Part shown: one piece after another, positions 1 to 11,600 of the stretch | Position numbering within the stretch: position 1 is the stretch's first letter | Layout of the letters: every line of letters begins with the position of its first letter | Origin: Phoronis australis | Lineage: Eukaryota > Animalia > Phoronida | Assembly: GCA_002633005.1 (NCBI GenBank) | Contig: NMRA01000072.1 | Span: forward strand, 454,952 to 518,951 | Length of the DNA: 64,000 nt | Direction: 5' to 3' | Translations under genes and position numbers: made by a program | Notes under the pieces: model-generated | Told to the model about the DNA's origin: nothing | Databases searched by the model: none | The model's input: the letters and a program-made list of their open reading frames with translations, nothing else

Positions 1-1217
1 ATGGGTAGAGGCGGTCCCCCTCCCCGCATGATGGGGCCCCCAGGTGGGCCGGGTATGAGGCCAATGGGCATGCCCCCACGAGGACCACCCATGATGGGAC
101 CACCCATGATGAGAGGTGAGTTGCATTCTCTAGATGCACTCCATAGCAGTTGCTGTCTTGCCACTCACTTTTTTCTTGGCACTTTTTAGTAGTAGTATTA
201 ACTCACGAGTGAAGGCTAGTGATGTCATGGGCTTCAATTGAACTTTTAATGCTTGGCCATATTCTACGAGGGCTTGCGTGATCTTGTCAAAATTGCAAGA
301 TACTAGCTTTGCTGATTTCGCAGCCTCAGTATGTCAAGTTACTGTTAACTTGTCATATTTAGATGCTGCTATTTTAAAAGTATTCTTCAGTCATGTTTAT
401 TTGTTTTTGGACAATTTTTTGCATTCGTTCTCTCAGTGATGGGCAATCAGGGCTTGGAATTTTTCTGCTTTTAAAAGAATTTCCTCTTTTTGGTTTCAAT
501 TTCCTCTTATTTGATTTCCAGTTTATTCAGAGTTTGTTAAGAGGTCTTCCCAGCTCCAGCATTCAAACAAGTCCAAAGATTTGTGAATAATTAATTTTGA
601 TATCATTCTGACCAGAGCTGGATCTGGATTTCAGTTCATTAAAGTTAGTAGGACCCTAGAAAATGTCCAAATTTGGCTAGTTTCAGAACCTCATATCTCA
701 CAAAATAGCAGATTCACATAAAGCTTTCAGGTACCGGGTGTTGTGCTATGTTTTCTCAAAAGCTATTGGGAATTGTTTTAAAAACATTCCACTTTTCCCT
801 GAGGGGTTGTCGAAAGATATGACTCAATTTCCTTTCTTTTAGCTAAGTTTTACTACTTGACACCGTCATGTCACGCAATTAATGGCAGGTTGTTAAAAAG
901 TAAAATATGCAAGCTTCCTGCTTTCAGAATATATGTACTTATACCTTTGAAATCCGTAGTTTGTAGACATTTGTTCAAATAGAGACTTGTCGTATGGTCC
1001 TATGTAACCTTAAGATAGTTTCTTGCCAGTTTGATAACACCATGCATTACAAGTGAAGATCGTAATCTCACAGGTTTCATTCACAAGCCTCTTGTGTAAT
1101 GGATGAGCCCATCTCGTGTTGAATCACTAATGGTAATTAACCGTAAAGGGAACGTTTGTATAAGCATGTGTCATTTTGTTTTCAGGGCACCCGGGTATGA
1201 GGCCACCACCACGGTAA
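1..1217 (+). CDS. SNRPB: Small nuclear ribonucleoprotein SmB/B' (3' end; exons <1..115 and 1186..1217)
   Basis: Pro/Gly/Met-rich MGRGGPPPRMMGPPGGPGMRPMGMPPRGPPMMGPPMMR, phase-1 donor G|gtgag at 115/116, acceptor ttttgttttcag| at 1185, giving ...MRG-HPGMRPPPR*. This resembles the vertebrate SmB' tail ([20 protein letters not shown]...GMRG|[11 protein letters not shown]), including the last intron position. The Sm domain lies outside the window. Confidence 0.8.
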
Positions 1218-1545
1218 AGTCAAGCTGTTATGTGAAGAGACTTGTAAATAGTGGATAGTATTTGCTACTTGGACATTTTTAATCATGTTGTTCATACTTG
1301 GGAAAAGTGTTACAAGAAGAGTGTACTTTTCCTCAAGTTGGTATGCGTTTGTGTAGCCTACAGTATTTGGGCACGCCATGTAATCCTGTGACATGTTGGG
1401 ATTGACATCAGATCATCAGATTACACATGTACGTAGTTCGTCATCTGGCTTCATAAACGCTTGTTCATTTCATGTTGTTTTAAACTGAAACTCGTTGAGG
1501 AGTTTCTGAGTCAACAATATTTCGTCATTGTAAATTCATTCATGA

Positions 1546-1570
1546 AATAAACCTTTTATATTGAAATAAA
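1546..1570 (+). promoter_or_regulatory. Probable polyadenylation signals of SNRPB
   Basis: AATAAA at 1546-1551 and 1565-1570, followed by GT/T-rich sequence, ~330 nt after the stop codon. Confidence 0.55.
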
Positions 1571-1808
1571 GTTTTGGTTTTATGATGCCAATGATGCCAT
1601 TTCCTATCGAAAGCCAAATTTATCAACCCTAAAACTCAGAGTAAAGCAAGTTTGTGATGAACGTCCTGTTTGCATAAACACCACTTGGGTTTCCAATCTG
1701 GTGAAAAATTATTAGCATCCAATTCAGGCTACTTAAACCACACGACTCACCGTCTCTTGAACAAAGCTCTGCACTTGTGAACAAAGCTCATGGACCTCGC
1801 CTGTAATC

Positions 1809-2100
1809 TTAGTTTACCGACCCACAAAACGGCTTTCACCCAAGCACCACGCCTCAGGCACCTGTAAACGTGGGTCTTGTATTCTGTCGAGCCATTTCAA
1901 AAAATTTGACCTTATGAACTTTGACCTTGGTTTTACCTTATTAACTTTGACCTTAGTCTGACCTTGACCTTGGACTCAAATTTCGGGCAACCAACCCCCA
2001 TGAGATTCAGTGTGTGTCAAAGTACCTGTGTGCCAAATTTGGTGCTTTAATCCGGGGTGTAAATGTTGTGGGGTTTTTGGTTGCTAAGGGTCCGGACTAT
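1809..2100. mobile_element. Non-autonomous DNA-transposon-like repeat (TAG...CTA ends, internal TTTGACCTT repeats)
   Basis: Weak terminal inverted match (tagtttaccgaccc / gggtccggacta), several tgacct(t) units at 1906-1972, and a ccaaatttggtg motif typical of invertebrate interspersed repeats; superfamily uncertain. Confidence 0.35.
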
Positions 2101-3423
2101 TAAGCCTTTTGTGCAACTCCCTAGTTGTGTGAGTTGGTAAGCCGTAATTTACTAGTGTGGGGCCATGTTAGTGAGCTAAGTTTACAGATGCGTAAACTGT
2201 CAATCATGAGTATGCCAGGCTGCCAGCTGTGTTCAAGTAGTCTGCAGTAAAGTGCCACACAGCATTAATTAAAGATGTATTTGCATGCTCCTAACTATGC
2301 TAATGTACATCGGGAAATAAACAGCGATGCTATTTGAGCATCATTTACGTTTAAACTGCAGTTGTATTCACTGACAACTTGTGAATGTGAAAACAAAAAA
2401 TCTGCAAATAGGTGACCTTTGCTCTACTTATGTATGTTTTGAGCTCACTTAGCTCGTATCTTGCCGTGTTATTCCCCAACACCGTGTCGTGATACTGGAA
2501 ACGGTAATGTCATTTACGGCGAATCATTTTCGACACAAACCTTGTTCTTGAAAGCATTTTGCAATTTTCAAGGTACTACGTAATCACGTCGTCACTATAT
2601 GTCTTGTTTGACCAAGCAATTGCAGTGATAAGGAATTGGCATGCAAATTCCACTTTAAGTAAAGTCAAACCTGGAACAAATCCAGATAGTGCTGGTGAAT
2701 TGCTGTTGGAGCAATCAATGAACTTGGGTAGTTTTGTTTTAGCATAGGAATGCTAACTCTGTAATTAGAAAAAAACAATGAGGTGTACCCCGAACATGAA
2801 GCCATGTCGGTGACAACAAAAGTCATTTTCATTCATTGTTCAAGACAACTCATGAACATGTTTACAATTCAGATTGACTGTGGTGCCTCTAGTATAGTGA
2901 AGTGCAAGTAACATATTTGTAGAGTGAGCATTTGAATTGTCCATTACTCAAGACGAGCAACATACATCCAGCATTGATTCCGCTAGTGCTTTGCTAAATT
3001 TAGATAAAATTGTGACGCAATACTATGTACATCCCTGTTCATATTTGCAGAGATTGTTTTACTTCATTGTAAACCATTCAGACGTTATCTGCTAGCAGTT
3101 AAAGTTCGAATCTCGTTAGCCGTAAGGCATGATGTCAATATCTGTTCTGAAGCAGTGGCTCTTTCTTTTTCAAAGTTGCTGTGCTCTGTGGTTTGTACAA
3201 GACATTTGCTGTCCCTGCATAATGAAATACACCTTCAGCCAGAATGCCTGTGATGTGAAATCAAAAGTACTGGTTGACATCGAACATTTAAACTGCTGAA
3301 CGATGTGGACGGTTTCAAAGACTTACTTGAACTTCTTTGTTCACTTTCACAAATCAAATTGTTTCTCTAGCAAACCTTCCGAATGTTATGCTGCAGAATG
3401 AAATTGAGATGGTTTTACAAAAC

Positions 3424-3767
3424 TTACAAGGGTACTAAACCCTGTTTTGAGGATTTCAACCAATCTTCGTAATGCCACCTGCTGATGCGTCAATCTTGAA
3501 AGCTAAAAGCAGGAATCAACTAAAAACTCGTACCACTTTTTTCACAAAGTAGACATGGTAGTCCTTGGTTGGTGGCCTTTTCCACAGTTGCCGTGTAATT
3601 TGCTAAAAGCGTAGGAAATGCTTACCAGTTGAGTAGACTGAAGATTTTTCAAATTTTCCTCCTAACTTTTGAGGGTTACAGGGCATTACTGGGTTTCAGA
3701 GAACTGGGCAGGAAAGTTGGTATTAGTATCTATTAATAGGCCAAAACCAGGTTTGCTATCCTTTTAA
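3424..3767. mobile_element. MITE-like dispersed repeat with TTAA-type end (possibly non-autonomous Kolobok)
   Basis: Imperfect TIRs (aagggtactaaaccctgttt / aaaccaggtttgctatcctt-ttaa). 3560-3767 is homologous in reverse orientation to 54522-54745 (shared cctacgcttttagc.aattacacggcaactgtgg); a related end occurs at 13483-13508. Confidence 0.55.
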
Positions 3768-5187
3768 AGATCCCAAAGCCAATCGGGTCTATCCAAAGTT
3801 GTCAAATTCAAACTGGAATCAATGCAGTTAGCGGCAAAGAACCTTTCCATAAAAGTAGTCTATCAACTCCAATAATGTTCATGGTTTTATGTACAACTGT
3901 CGATGCCAACTCTCGATATTAACCAAAATGGGGTGAGGGAGGGTTGGAGTGACCACCAGGAGACACTTAGCGATGAACAGGTGAAGCAAACGCAAATCTA
4001 AAGTGAATTTCGAGCAAGAAAGTGTTATAGGAAATGAATGGGGGGTCTCGGGGGCCCCATTGTGTGTCTGTGGCTATGCCAGTGATTCTAGCCCAAAATA
4101 TTAACCAAGACAATAGTTAAATTCAAAACTGATGGCACTGCAGGAGGTTTGTATTCATTTGGAAGCTTACATTTGTATTTGGTTGCAGACGAAACATAAA
4201 ACAAAACACAGCTGACAATATATTTTTATCTTTCCTCTGTACAAATACATGAAGTGAAACTTACACAGCAAATTTTGTTGACAAAATAACATGTAGCTCG
4301 CAAGATAACACTTCAAAACGGAATGACTAGTAGATCACAACAAAGCAAGAGAACTCGTCAAACAAAACGTCACCCTGTTCTCACAATATCACATATCAAA
4401 TGGCACATCGTGATCACTCCTGATATAAATTAACAACTGTAGGAGTGTTGAGTAAACAATGAAGTTTAACATACCAAAACAGTAGCAAAAATACTTGAGA
4501 AACTTGTATAACCTCGTTACAGAAGAACATTGATTCGTGTTAACTAATATACAGCCAGGTTTCTGACAAGAAAATAATATAGGCCTATTGAAATGCGCCA
4601 ACCTCTCTACATGCAATAGGACGGTCCCGGAGTACACAATACTACAACATCTGTCAAGCCTCGTTTTCGCACCATTGCAGTTTCCTGTCTTGTTTATAGG
4701 TACCTTGCTTTTTTTCAAATTTCCTCGACTATGCCAGGCAAAAGAAACGACGGGAAACAACACACAATAGGTAGAGCATATGTAACTATGCATTAACAAC
4801 AACACAGTAAGTTCAATGACAGACACAACACAACTCTGTCACAAAACGTCGAGCAAGCTGTGACCCCAGCAGGATACCTCCAATGCTGGAGACAAATCAA
4901 ATAACATCGTCTATTCACAATGGCACTGCATTAACTGTATTTGCCTCTTCTATGCCAGCAAAGATTTACTGCTGTACTATGGGCAGCAACTCCAATAGTA
5001 GAAAGTTGCCTAAACTTGAATATCCATGGATACAATATTTTCCAACATGATTCCTACAATCGACTCGAAATTCCTAAAATGAAGCTAAATATACCTCCAT
5101 GACAAAATGAGATTTCTGTCCGGGACCATCCCATTTCAGTGCTTTCTGTGACTAAAAAGCAATGAATATTTTGCATGTCTATTGGGC

Positions 5188-5291
5188 AATAGTCACCTAC
5201 AGGCATCCCACATTTTGAGAACCAGTTTGATGCCTGTTATTCAGTAGAAAAAACTGGTTCTCAAAATATGGGACCCCGGTAAGTGACTATT
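5188..5291. repeat. 104-bp palindromic MITE-like element, copy 1
   Basis: Arms aatagtcac...cattttgagaaccagttt / aaactggttctcaaaat...gtgactatt; same-length copy at 7142-7245 and partial copy at ~24827-24893. Confidence 0.75.
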
Positions 5292-5458
5292 AATGTATTA
5301 TGCATGTAGAGTGAACATCATTGACACAACGCAAAAGGTACTAATTAGTAGTAAGGGTAAACGCCCATCCTCATCTTAATTTTTCAGTTTCTCAATTTAA
5401 ATCCTCTTGTTGATAACCCTGACAGATATAGTAGTATCAATAATGAATCAGACTAGGT

Positions 5459-5621
5459 TTATAGTACGAGTTTGCCACTTAATTGGCCATTTGACAATTG
5501 CGGGGAAGGCAACGTATGAGTGACATGTTCTATCCCTGCCTCTCTTGAGATAGCCACCACTGAGCCATTCCGGCCTGTGTCTTCAATAAGTTGAACAAAG
5601 GCCACTGCTACGAAAGCCTCA
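5459..5621 (-). CDS. HPGD: HPGD-like distal alternative last exon (7b)
   Basis: Acceptor ttcttctttacttttag|, phase 2 matching exon 6; (S)EAFVAVAFVQLIEDTGRNGSVVAISREAGIEHVTHTLPSPQLSNGQLSGKLVL*. Confidence 0.8.
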
Positions 5622-8600
5622 CTAAAAGTAAAGAAGAATTGTGTTAACATTTGTTGAATTTATCAGGAAGTGTTAACAAAATAGGATTAAGGAGTTGCTT
5701 TACAATAAAAAAGATTTTGAAATTTTAAAGAGTATGAGTAATATAAACATCACAGCACAGACAGGTTTAACCCTTAAAAAATAACATATAAGTGCATGAA
5801 TGCAAAATGTAGAATTTAACTTTTGATATTTGCTAAAAGTACGGCTCAGTAATTCTCACACATAAAGAAAGTCTTTCAAATATTAAAAGGTTGATTACCG
5901 TGCTGCCAATAAAAAGTAGTGCACACTTTTATCAAGTGCCGTTTTATGACATGTGCATGACCAAAACTATGCTACCTAATAATGAAGAATTTTTTACTCT
6001 TCACTTTATCGACAAATTTTGCAGGATAAAAATTCACAGCTGCTACGTGTGTTTAATAGGTCGGGTAACCAACAAAACTTTCAGAATTTCACAAAGACTT
6101 GTGGGAAGCAAGCTTCAATTTGCATAATTTTGTTACATTCTTCAGTTCAAATTTGAAATATTTGTTGTTCCTATTTGCACTGTAGTATAAATAAGCCTGC
6201 CAAATAGTTGAAACTTCAAATGCCATATTATAATCACCGCTGCACTTGGGCAGACCGTGCAACTAATAAGAGCAACAAAATCACCTTTAACGACTTTGAA
6301 TGTACAAGACAGTGTAAAGACAAGAAGATGATAATCACCTACTTAATTATTAATTAAAGAGAATGTTTAGCCTGCAAGCATCATTTCACACATAATTCCA
6401 TCAATTGCTAAGTGCAACAAATTTCTTTTGTGGTAGAGAGTAGGGTAGTATGAATTACTTCCAATGTACAATCATTTTAAAAAACACTAATGTCGCGTGT
6501 AAGCCTTCAACAGAAACATCAATCTATCAAAATTTCAAAATTAAAACTGTTTTTGGATTGTCCATGCTAAGATTTTAAACAATATAGAAAAGTACATAGT
6601 TCTAAGGAATTAATTGTTAGTGACGTGACGTAAATCTCCCAGTCAAGTGTTGTCTGGCACAGTAAGCTCCAATTCATTATAGATCACAACAACATTTGAA
6701 AAATTGTTTCTGCAACGTCTCACCAATTAAGGACACATTATGGCTGACAAATGAAATTTTTTTCGTTCATTTTTCCAAAAAAGATAAGTGCATAAGTAGC
6801 ATTATGCTATTTCATTTCTAAAGATCTATACCATAGCTAGCATCAAACAATGTTCACAACAATGTTAAAAGCCTTTGAAAATAGAAATTAAAACGAATTT
6901 ATTTTTATCCGAAATTGTGAGATTTTAAAGCCTATAAAATGTCGAATTCCCTGATAACAGTATTGTACCAATCACCAATAGCTCACCAACCACTGGATTA
7001 AAACTAATATTTTTATTGAGTGGTCATAACCTTGCACGCGATGGCTTTATGTTGTGAATTAATTAGATTTGGTTACGGACATTTGACCACTACACAAGTC
7101 CACCAGACAAAGCCAAGGAACTGGAGAATTGAAAAGTGGGTAATAGTTGGATATAACGTGTCCGCATTTTGAGAACCAGTTTTCTCCACTGAATAACGGG
7201 CATTAAACTGGTTCTCAAAATGTAGGCACGTTATAACCGACTATTGCCGAAACTTGTATATTTTTCAATGTCAATCTTTTTATACAGTACTGACTTTCAC
7301 AAACAAAATCAGCCGCGAATCCAGGATTTTGTCCTGGGGTCTGACAAGGGGCAAACACAGGGGGTGATTGAGAAACCTCCATCACAGCAATGTCAAGAAA
7401 ACTGACCAGGGCAGTCCAGACTCCCTGGACACGCTCTAGAATCCGGCACCTGAAAAAATTTTCTGTTATCCATTTTCTTGAAATTTTGACCCTATATGGC
7501 TTGAACCATAGGGCTTTATACAGAATACCTTTTGAATAAATGGTAATATGTCTTAATTTAAACATTCTGGCAGACAGATGTATCATTTGTGGGAAAAGAA
7601 AATAACATAAAAAGATAAAGATAAAGCGAAAATAAAGACTAATGAAGAAAGTACCATTGATCTCAAAGATTGGACATGAAACGTGGAAATTTGACAGTGC
7701 GCAGTCCTTTTAATAGAACACTTAACACATCCCCGTTACGACTGTCATCCTCAACTAGTGAGGTGAAACCCTCAGCTACTGTAGTTGGTCTGAAATCACA
7801 GAAAGGAAGACAAATAAACTGCCACGCCTCATGTAACATATCATGCTGCCATGCAGTTGTATCAGGGAAGTGGAACATAAATGGAATAAATACAACACTT
7901 AGTAATGATCACTAAGGGCAACGAGCAAGGAGACATGGTTCGAGTGACTGTTGCTTCGGTAATATGACTATTACCTTGGGACAATCGATTTCATACCAAT
8001 GGACCTTTTTGCGATTACAGAATTGTGGGATGTACATTTTTTTAGCTTTAATTGGCTGACAATGTAGGTGTACTTTCTCCGATTTCATTCGGCAAGGAAC
8101 AGCAGTGTCCCACAATTCACTGCAGATAACCCACAATCCATTGCAGATGTCCCACAAGTCAGTAATTGTAAAAAGGTCAGTGGCAAGTATTGAAAGTATT
8201 GATTTAATTTAGCGACGCGTCACAAAAAATTGAATGATCAATCACGAAATTTTTACACGTCTTGTTTTTACGGTTATATTGTGGTTGGAAAGGAGCTCAG
8301 AAGTGTTATTTTTGACTTAAGGGTATGTAGGACGTTATCGATAAGTGTACTTATATCAAAAACTAAAAGATTTAGAAACTAGATTTAGAAAGCAAAGTGT
8401 GAAAGAAATTAAGCGAGAACCAGAAAGGCTACAAGTTTGACACTTCACTAAATCATACCAATCCTGATAGTAAGAAAGACTAACGAGATCACGCAACTTA
8501 TGCAGGGAGAAGCCAGAACATGTTTCAAGAGAGTTAAAATGGAATCTAGTAAATAAATGTGTCTATAAACCTAAATTCAGTTACAACAAGAGCAAAGCGG

Positions 8601-11600
8601 AGCGTTGATATGCGCCCACCATGTGCATCGCATATAGTGCAGATCCAAGGGATGATTATTACTATTTTAAACATTCCGACTAGATGGAGCAATGCCAGTG
8701 AACGTAAAATAGCCTCTAGGGGGTGCATAGCAAGTCAGCAATGCTCTCCTCAATAAGAACACACCTGCCAAGCCCGTAAAAAATTGGCTTGTTACGGCGT
8801 GTCATTTTAGGAGCAATAACAAACTGTCGTTTCTTTGCAAAATCAAAAATCATTTCTTATCTGAGTAAGGGCCAAGTTGTGACCAACTTCCAATAGCAGT
8901 AAATGGAATAATTTAAACTTTATTTTCTTTAATGGAACGTTGGTTTATTTGTGCTTTAATTTATTAATTACGTGAATTATTAACACCTGGTAAGGACATA
9001 TTAATTATACGTTAAGTTAATGAGGAGGAAAAGCTAGCACAGTTTGATTTAAAGCTGCAGTTTGTTTATCAAATTTTGTTTTTTTAGTAAACTAAACAGT
9101 CCAAAATGCAGGTTTAAATTAGGGTATCATGACTGGATCCAAAGAGAAGTGACAAGATACAATTTTCTCTCTTTCAGTGACCATCTCAGGCAAGCATTGG
9201 GTACTCTGGCAATTTTATGGAATTCATTATCTCCTTCTCACTTCAAGCAATCTAATTCTTATCGGGGTGCATCAGCCAATGAGGCCTTGCTGTGCATGAC
9301 CTTTATTCCGAAGACATGCTAACACAGAATTATCATCATGAGTGTTATTAACGTAATCTTAATATTGGGCAGCGTGTGTGGTCAAGTGATTCCAAAGGCC
9401 AACTGCATAATACACTGCATGCATATGACCACCTGCTTCAAACACTGTGTAAAGTGTGGATGCTCTATCAGTGACAGTCCACCAAGAGAGTAGAAGTGAA
9501 AGTTTGACCAGATATTGCAGCAGCACAATGTTATAGTGCAGTGTTTAGGGCTACGTACTCTCACTTGAGATGCCCTACTCCTGTCAAGTGACTACTAACA
9601 CTGCACTATTCCCTTGCCTCCTGGTGCTTGGGCTTAATTTGAGTGCATGAAAAGGAGATAACCCTTATTAGATTTATTAAAAGAATCTACCATACCCCTG
9701 GATGTGACAACCAGTGGAACTACAATCTTAACTTCGGTTCTCACTGACGGATTTCTGGGATTAAAAATTTGATCAGAATCATTACAAATTAACTGACTTT
9801 AAAAATTTTGTACTATTACAACAATTAGGTAAATCTTACTATTGAACAAAAGGCCAAGAAGCTTGGGGTAAAAAATAATACTGTGAAGTTAATGACCACT
9901 CCACTCATTGCCCACCTTCTGATATAAACAAGTCACTCTGAATGAGAGAAAATTGTAAATGCTCGAAGAGTTGTCGATAGGAAAAGCAGACCACCAACAG
10001 GAAAGCAAGACTAATACCACATTCACATAGAAGTTTCCATAGCAAGAAGATAGGACATCATCAGACGGCAGATCACCTGCTTAAAACAAGCATTCAAAAA
10101 AGGAATCCTGATCTGTTGTCCCACTAGTACTTAACATTATTGAATGAGCAAAAAGTCGTATTCTGGACAATTACGTGCAATCACCATTGAATGAACAGAA
10201 CCTAACCACAAGTTAGATCATGGGAATACACTCTTCTTCCGGAAAGAAGGCAGATCTACAATCTGATTAAGAGGCAGATGATGAGCATTCACATGCAACA
10301 TTTCTTTCAGATGATCACATGACCAATCTGCCTTCTGATCGAATGGCATGTGAATGTCGTTTACATGATACTATTTACACCCAAGTGTACATTTGTGCAC
10401 AGTATGTATTTTTGTCATGTAAATGCAAATAACCCGGGTGTAAAGATACACATCACGAGGTCAGGTAAATGCCAACTTATGCACATACAAATATGCACGA
10501 CACATGATTTAAATTTTCACACACGCGTCCATGCAGAATTGTGTTGAAAAATTATTTCTGTCACATCTTTTCTGACTTCAACATCATTGTCCAATTTTGT
10601 GCCAAAAGCATTTCATTTTGTCATTAGTGCCTTGAAAGTGTCTTTCATGAATTATGGATGAAACTTTCACAGTCCAATTGAGAAATCCTAAGCTTGTTAT
10701 TTAAATGATTGCTGAAAACAGTAGCTTTCCATTTACTATGAAAAAGTTAGCTAGAGTGTGGTTACCAAGTTCAGAAAACATTCTATTTCCATCTTATGAC
10801 CTGGCTCCAATGGTTTCTGAAAGGTGGATAGTCTCTTTCATTTGTAATAAGTTAGATCAATTCAGTCTTGACATAACGAATATAGGCTTGCAGAAGGGCA
10901 CCTGTCATTTGAAAATTTTCAAACAATTTTTCACCTTCCAAATTTTCATTAACTTTGTTCTGCCACTAGTCAATTGATTATTCTTAAGCTATACTTGTGA
11001 AAACCATTTGTGAAAGACTAATCCAATACCGACCGTGACTATCACTTTTCTTTTTCCTCATACCAACCTGATACAAATTTACTGTAACTTTTGAGTGTAT
11101 ATTTGTTTATGGTGTGCTGCATATAAACGGGGCTGAAGACGCAGTTTAAAAAAAAACCTGACTTACCTAATTAAGTTATCAGGACTTAACAGACCTTCGG
11201 TCATTTCTTGATGGTATACATCAGGCTTGCCGTGGACCATGTCAGTGTCAGTAAATGAAGGACAGAGGCAGTTGAAACGCACTTGGTGTCTGGGATAGTC
11301 AACATCAGCCTAGGGATACCAAATACAATGAATGATCAACAAAAACAGTGCAAGTTAATATTGCTCATCATTCTTTTGTACATGAACCAGAGGGGTAGAA
11401 AAGCCTGCACCTTCTGTCAAAAAAGAATTTTTAATAGAGGCCATTTACCGGTATATGCCATTTATAATAAAGCAGGGTCATCTTGTTGCTTACTCAGAAC
11501 AGAAATTGATTTTCAGGCTTGAGAACTTAGAACAGACAAGTTGTTACAGCTTCAGGTAAGGCCTGTTATATGTCACGGTGCATTTGTTTCAGTTGCTAAG

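Noticed and set aside
116-1185. Intronic C/D snoRNA or SmB-type alternative acceptor in the last SNRPB intron
   Set aside because: Only imperfect C boxes (gtgatgt, gtgatgg), no convincing terminal stem, and no clearly supported alternative exon
2450-3400. Possible coding remnant between SNRPB and HPGD
   Set aside because: Short open frames only, with no recognisable motif or exon chain
6150-6300. Minus-strand LISCTVCPSA resembling a second HPGD exon 6 (FNCLCPSF)
   Set aside because: No further similarity and no suitable splice sites; likely chance
10277-10340. C/D box-like pair ATGATGA...CTGA
   Set aside because: Antisense to the host HPGD transcript, minimal terminal stem, no recognisable guide sequence
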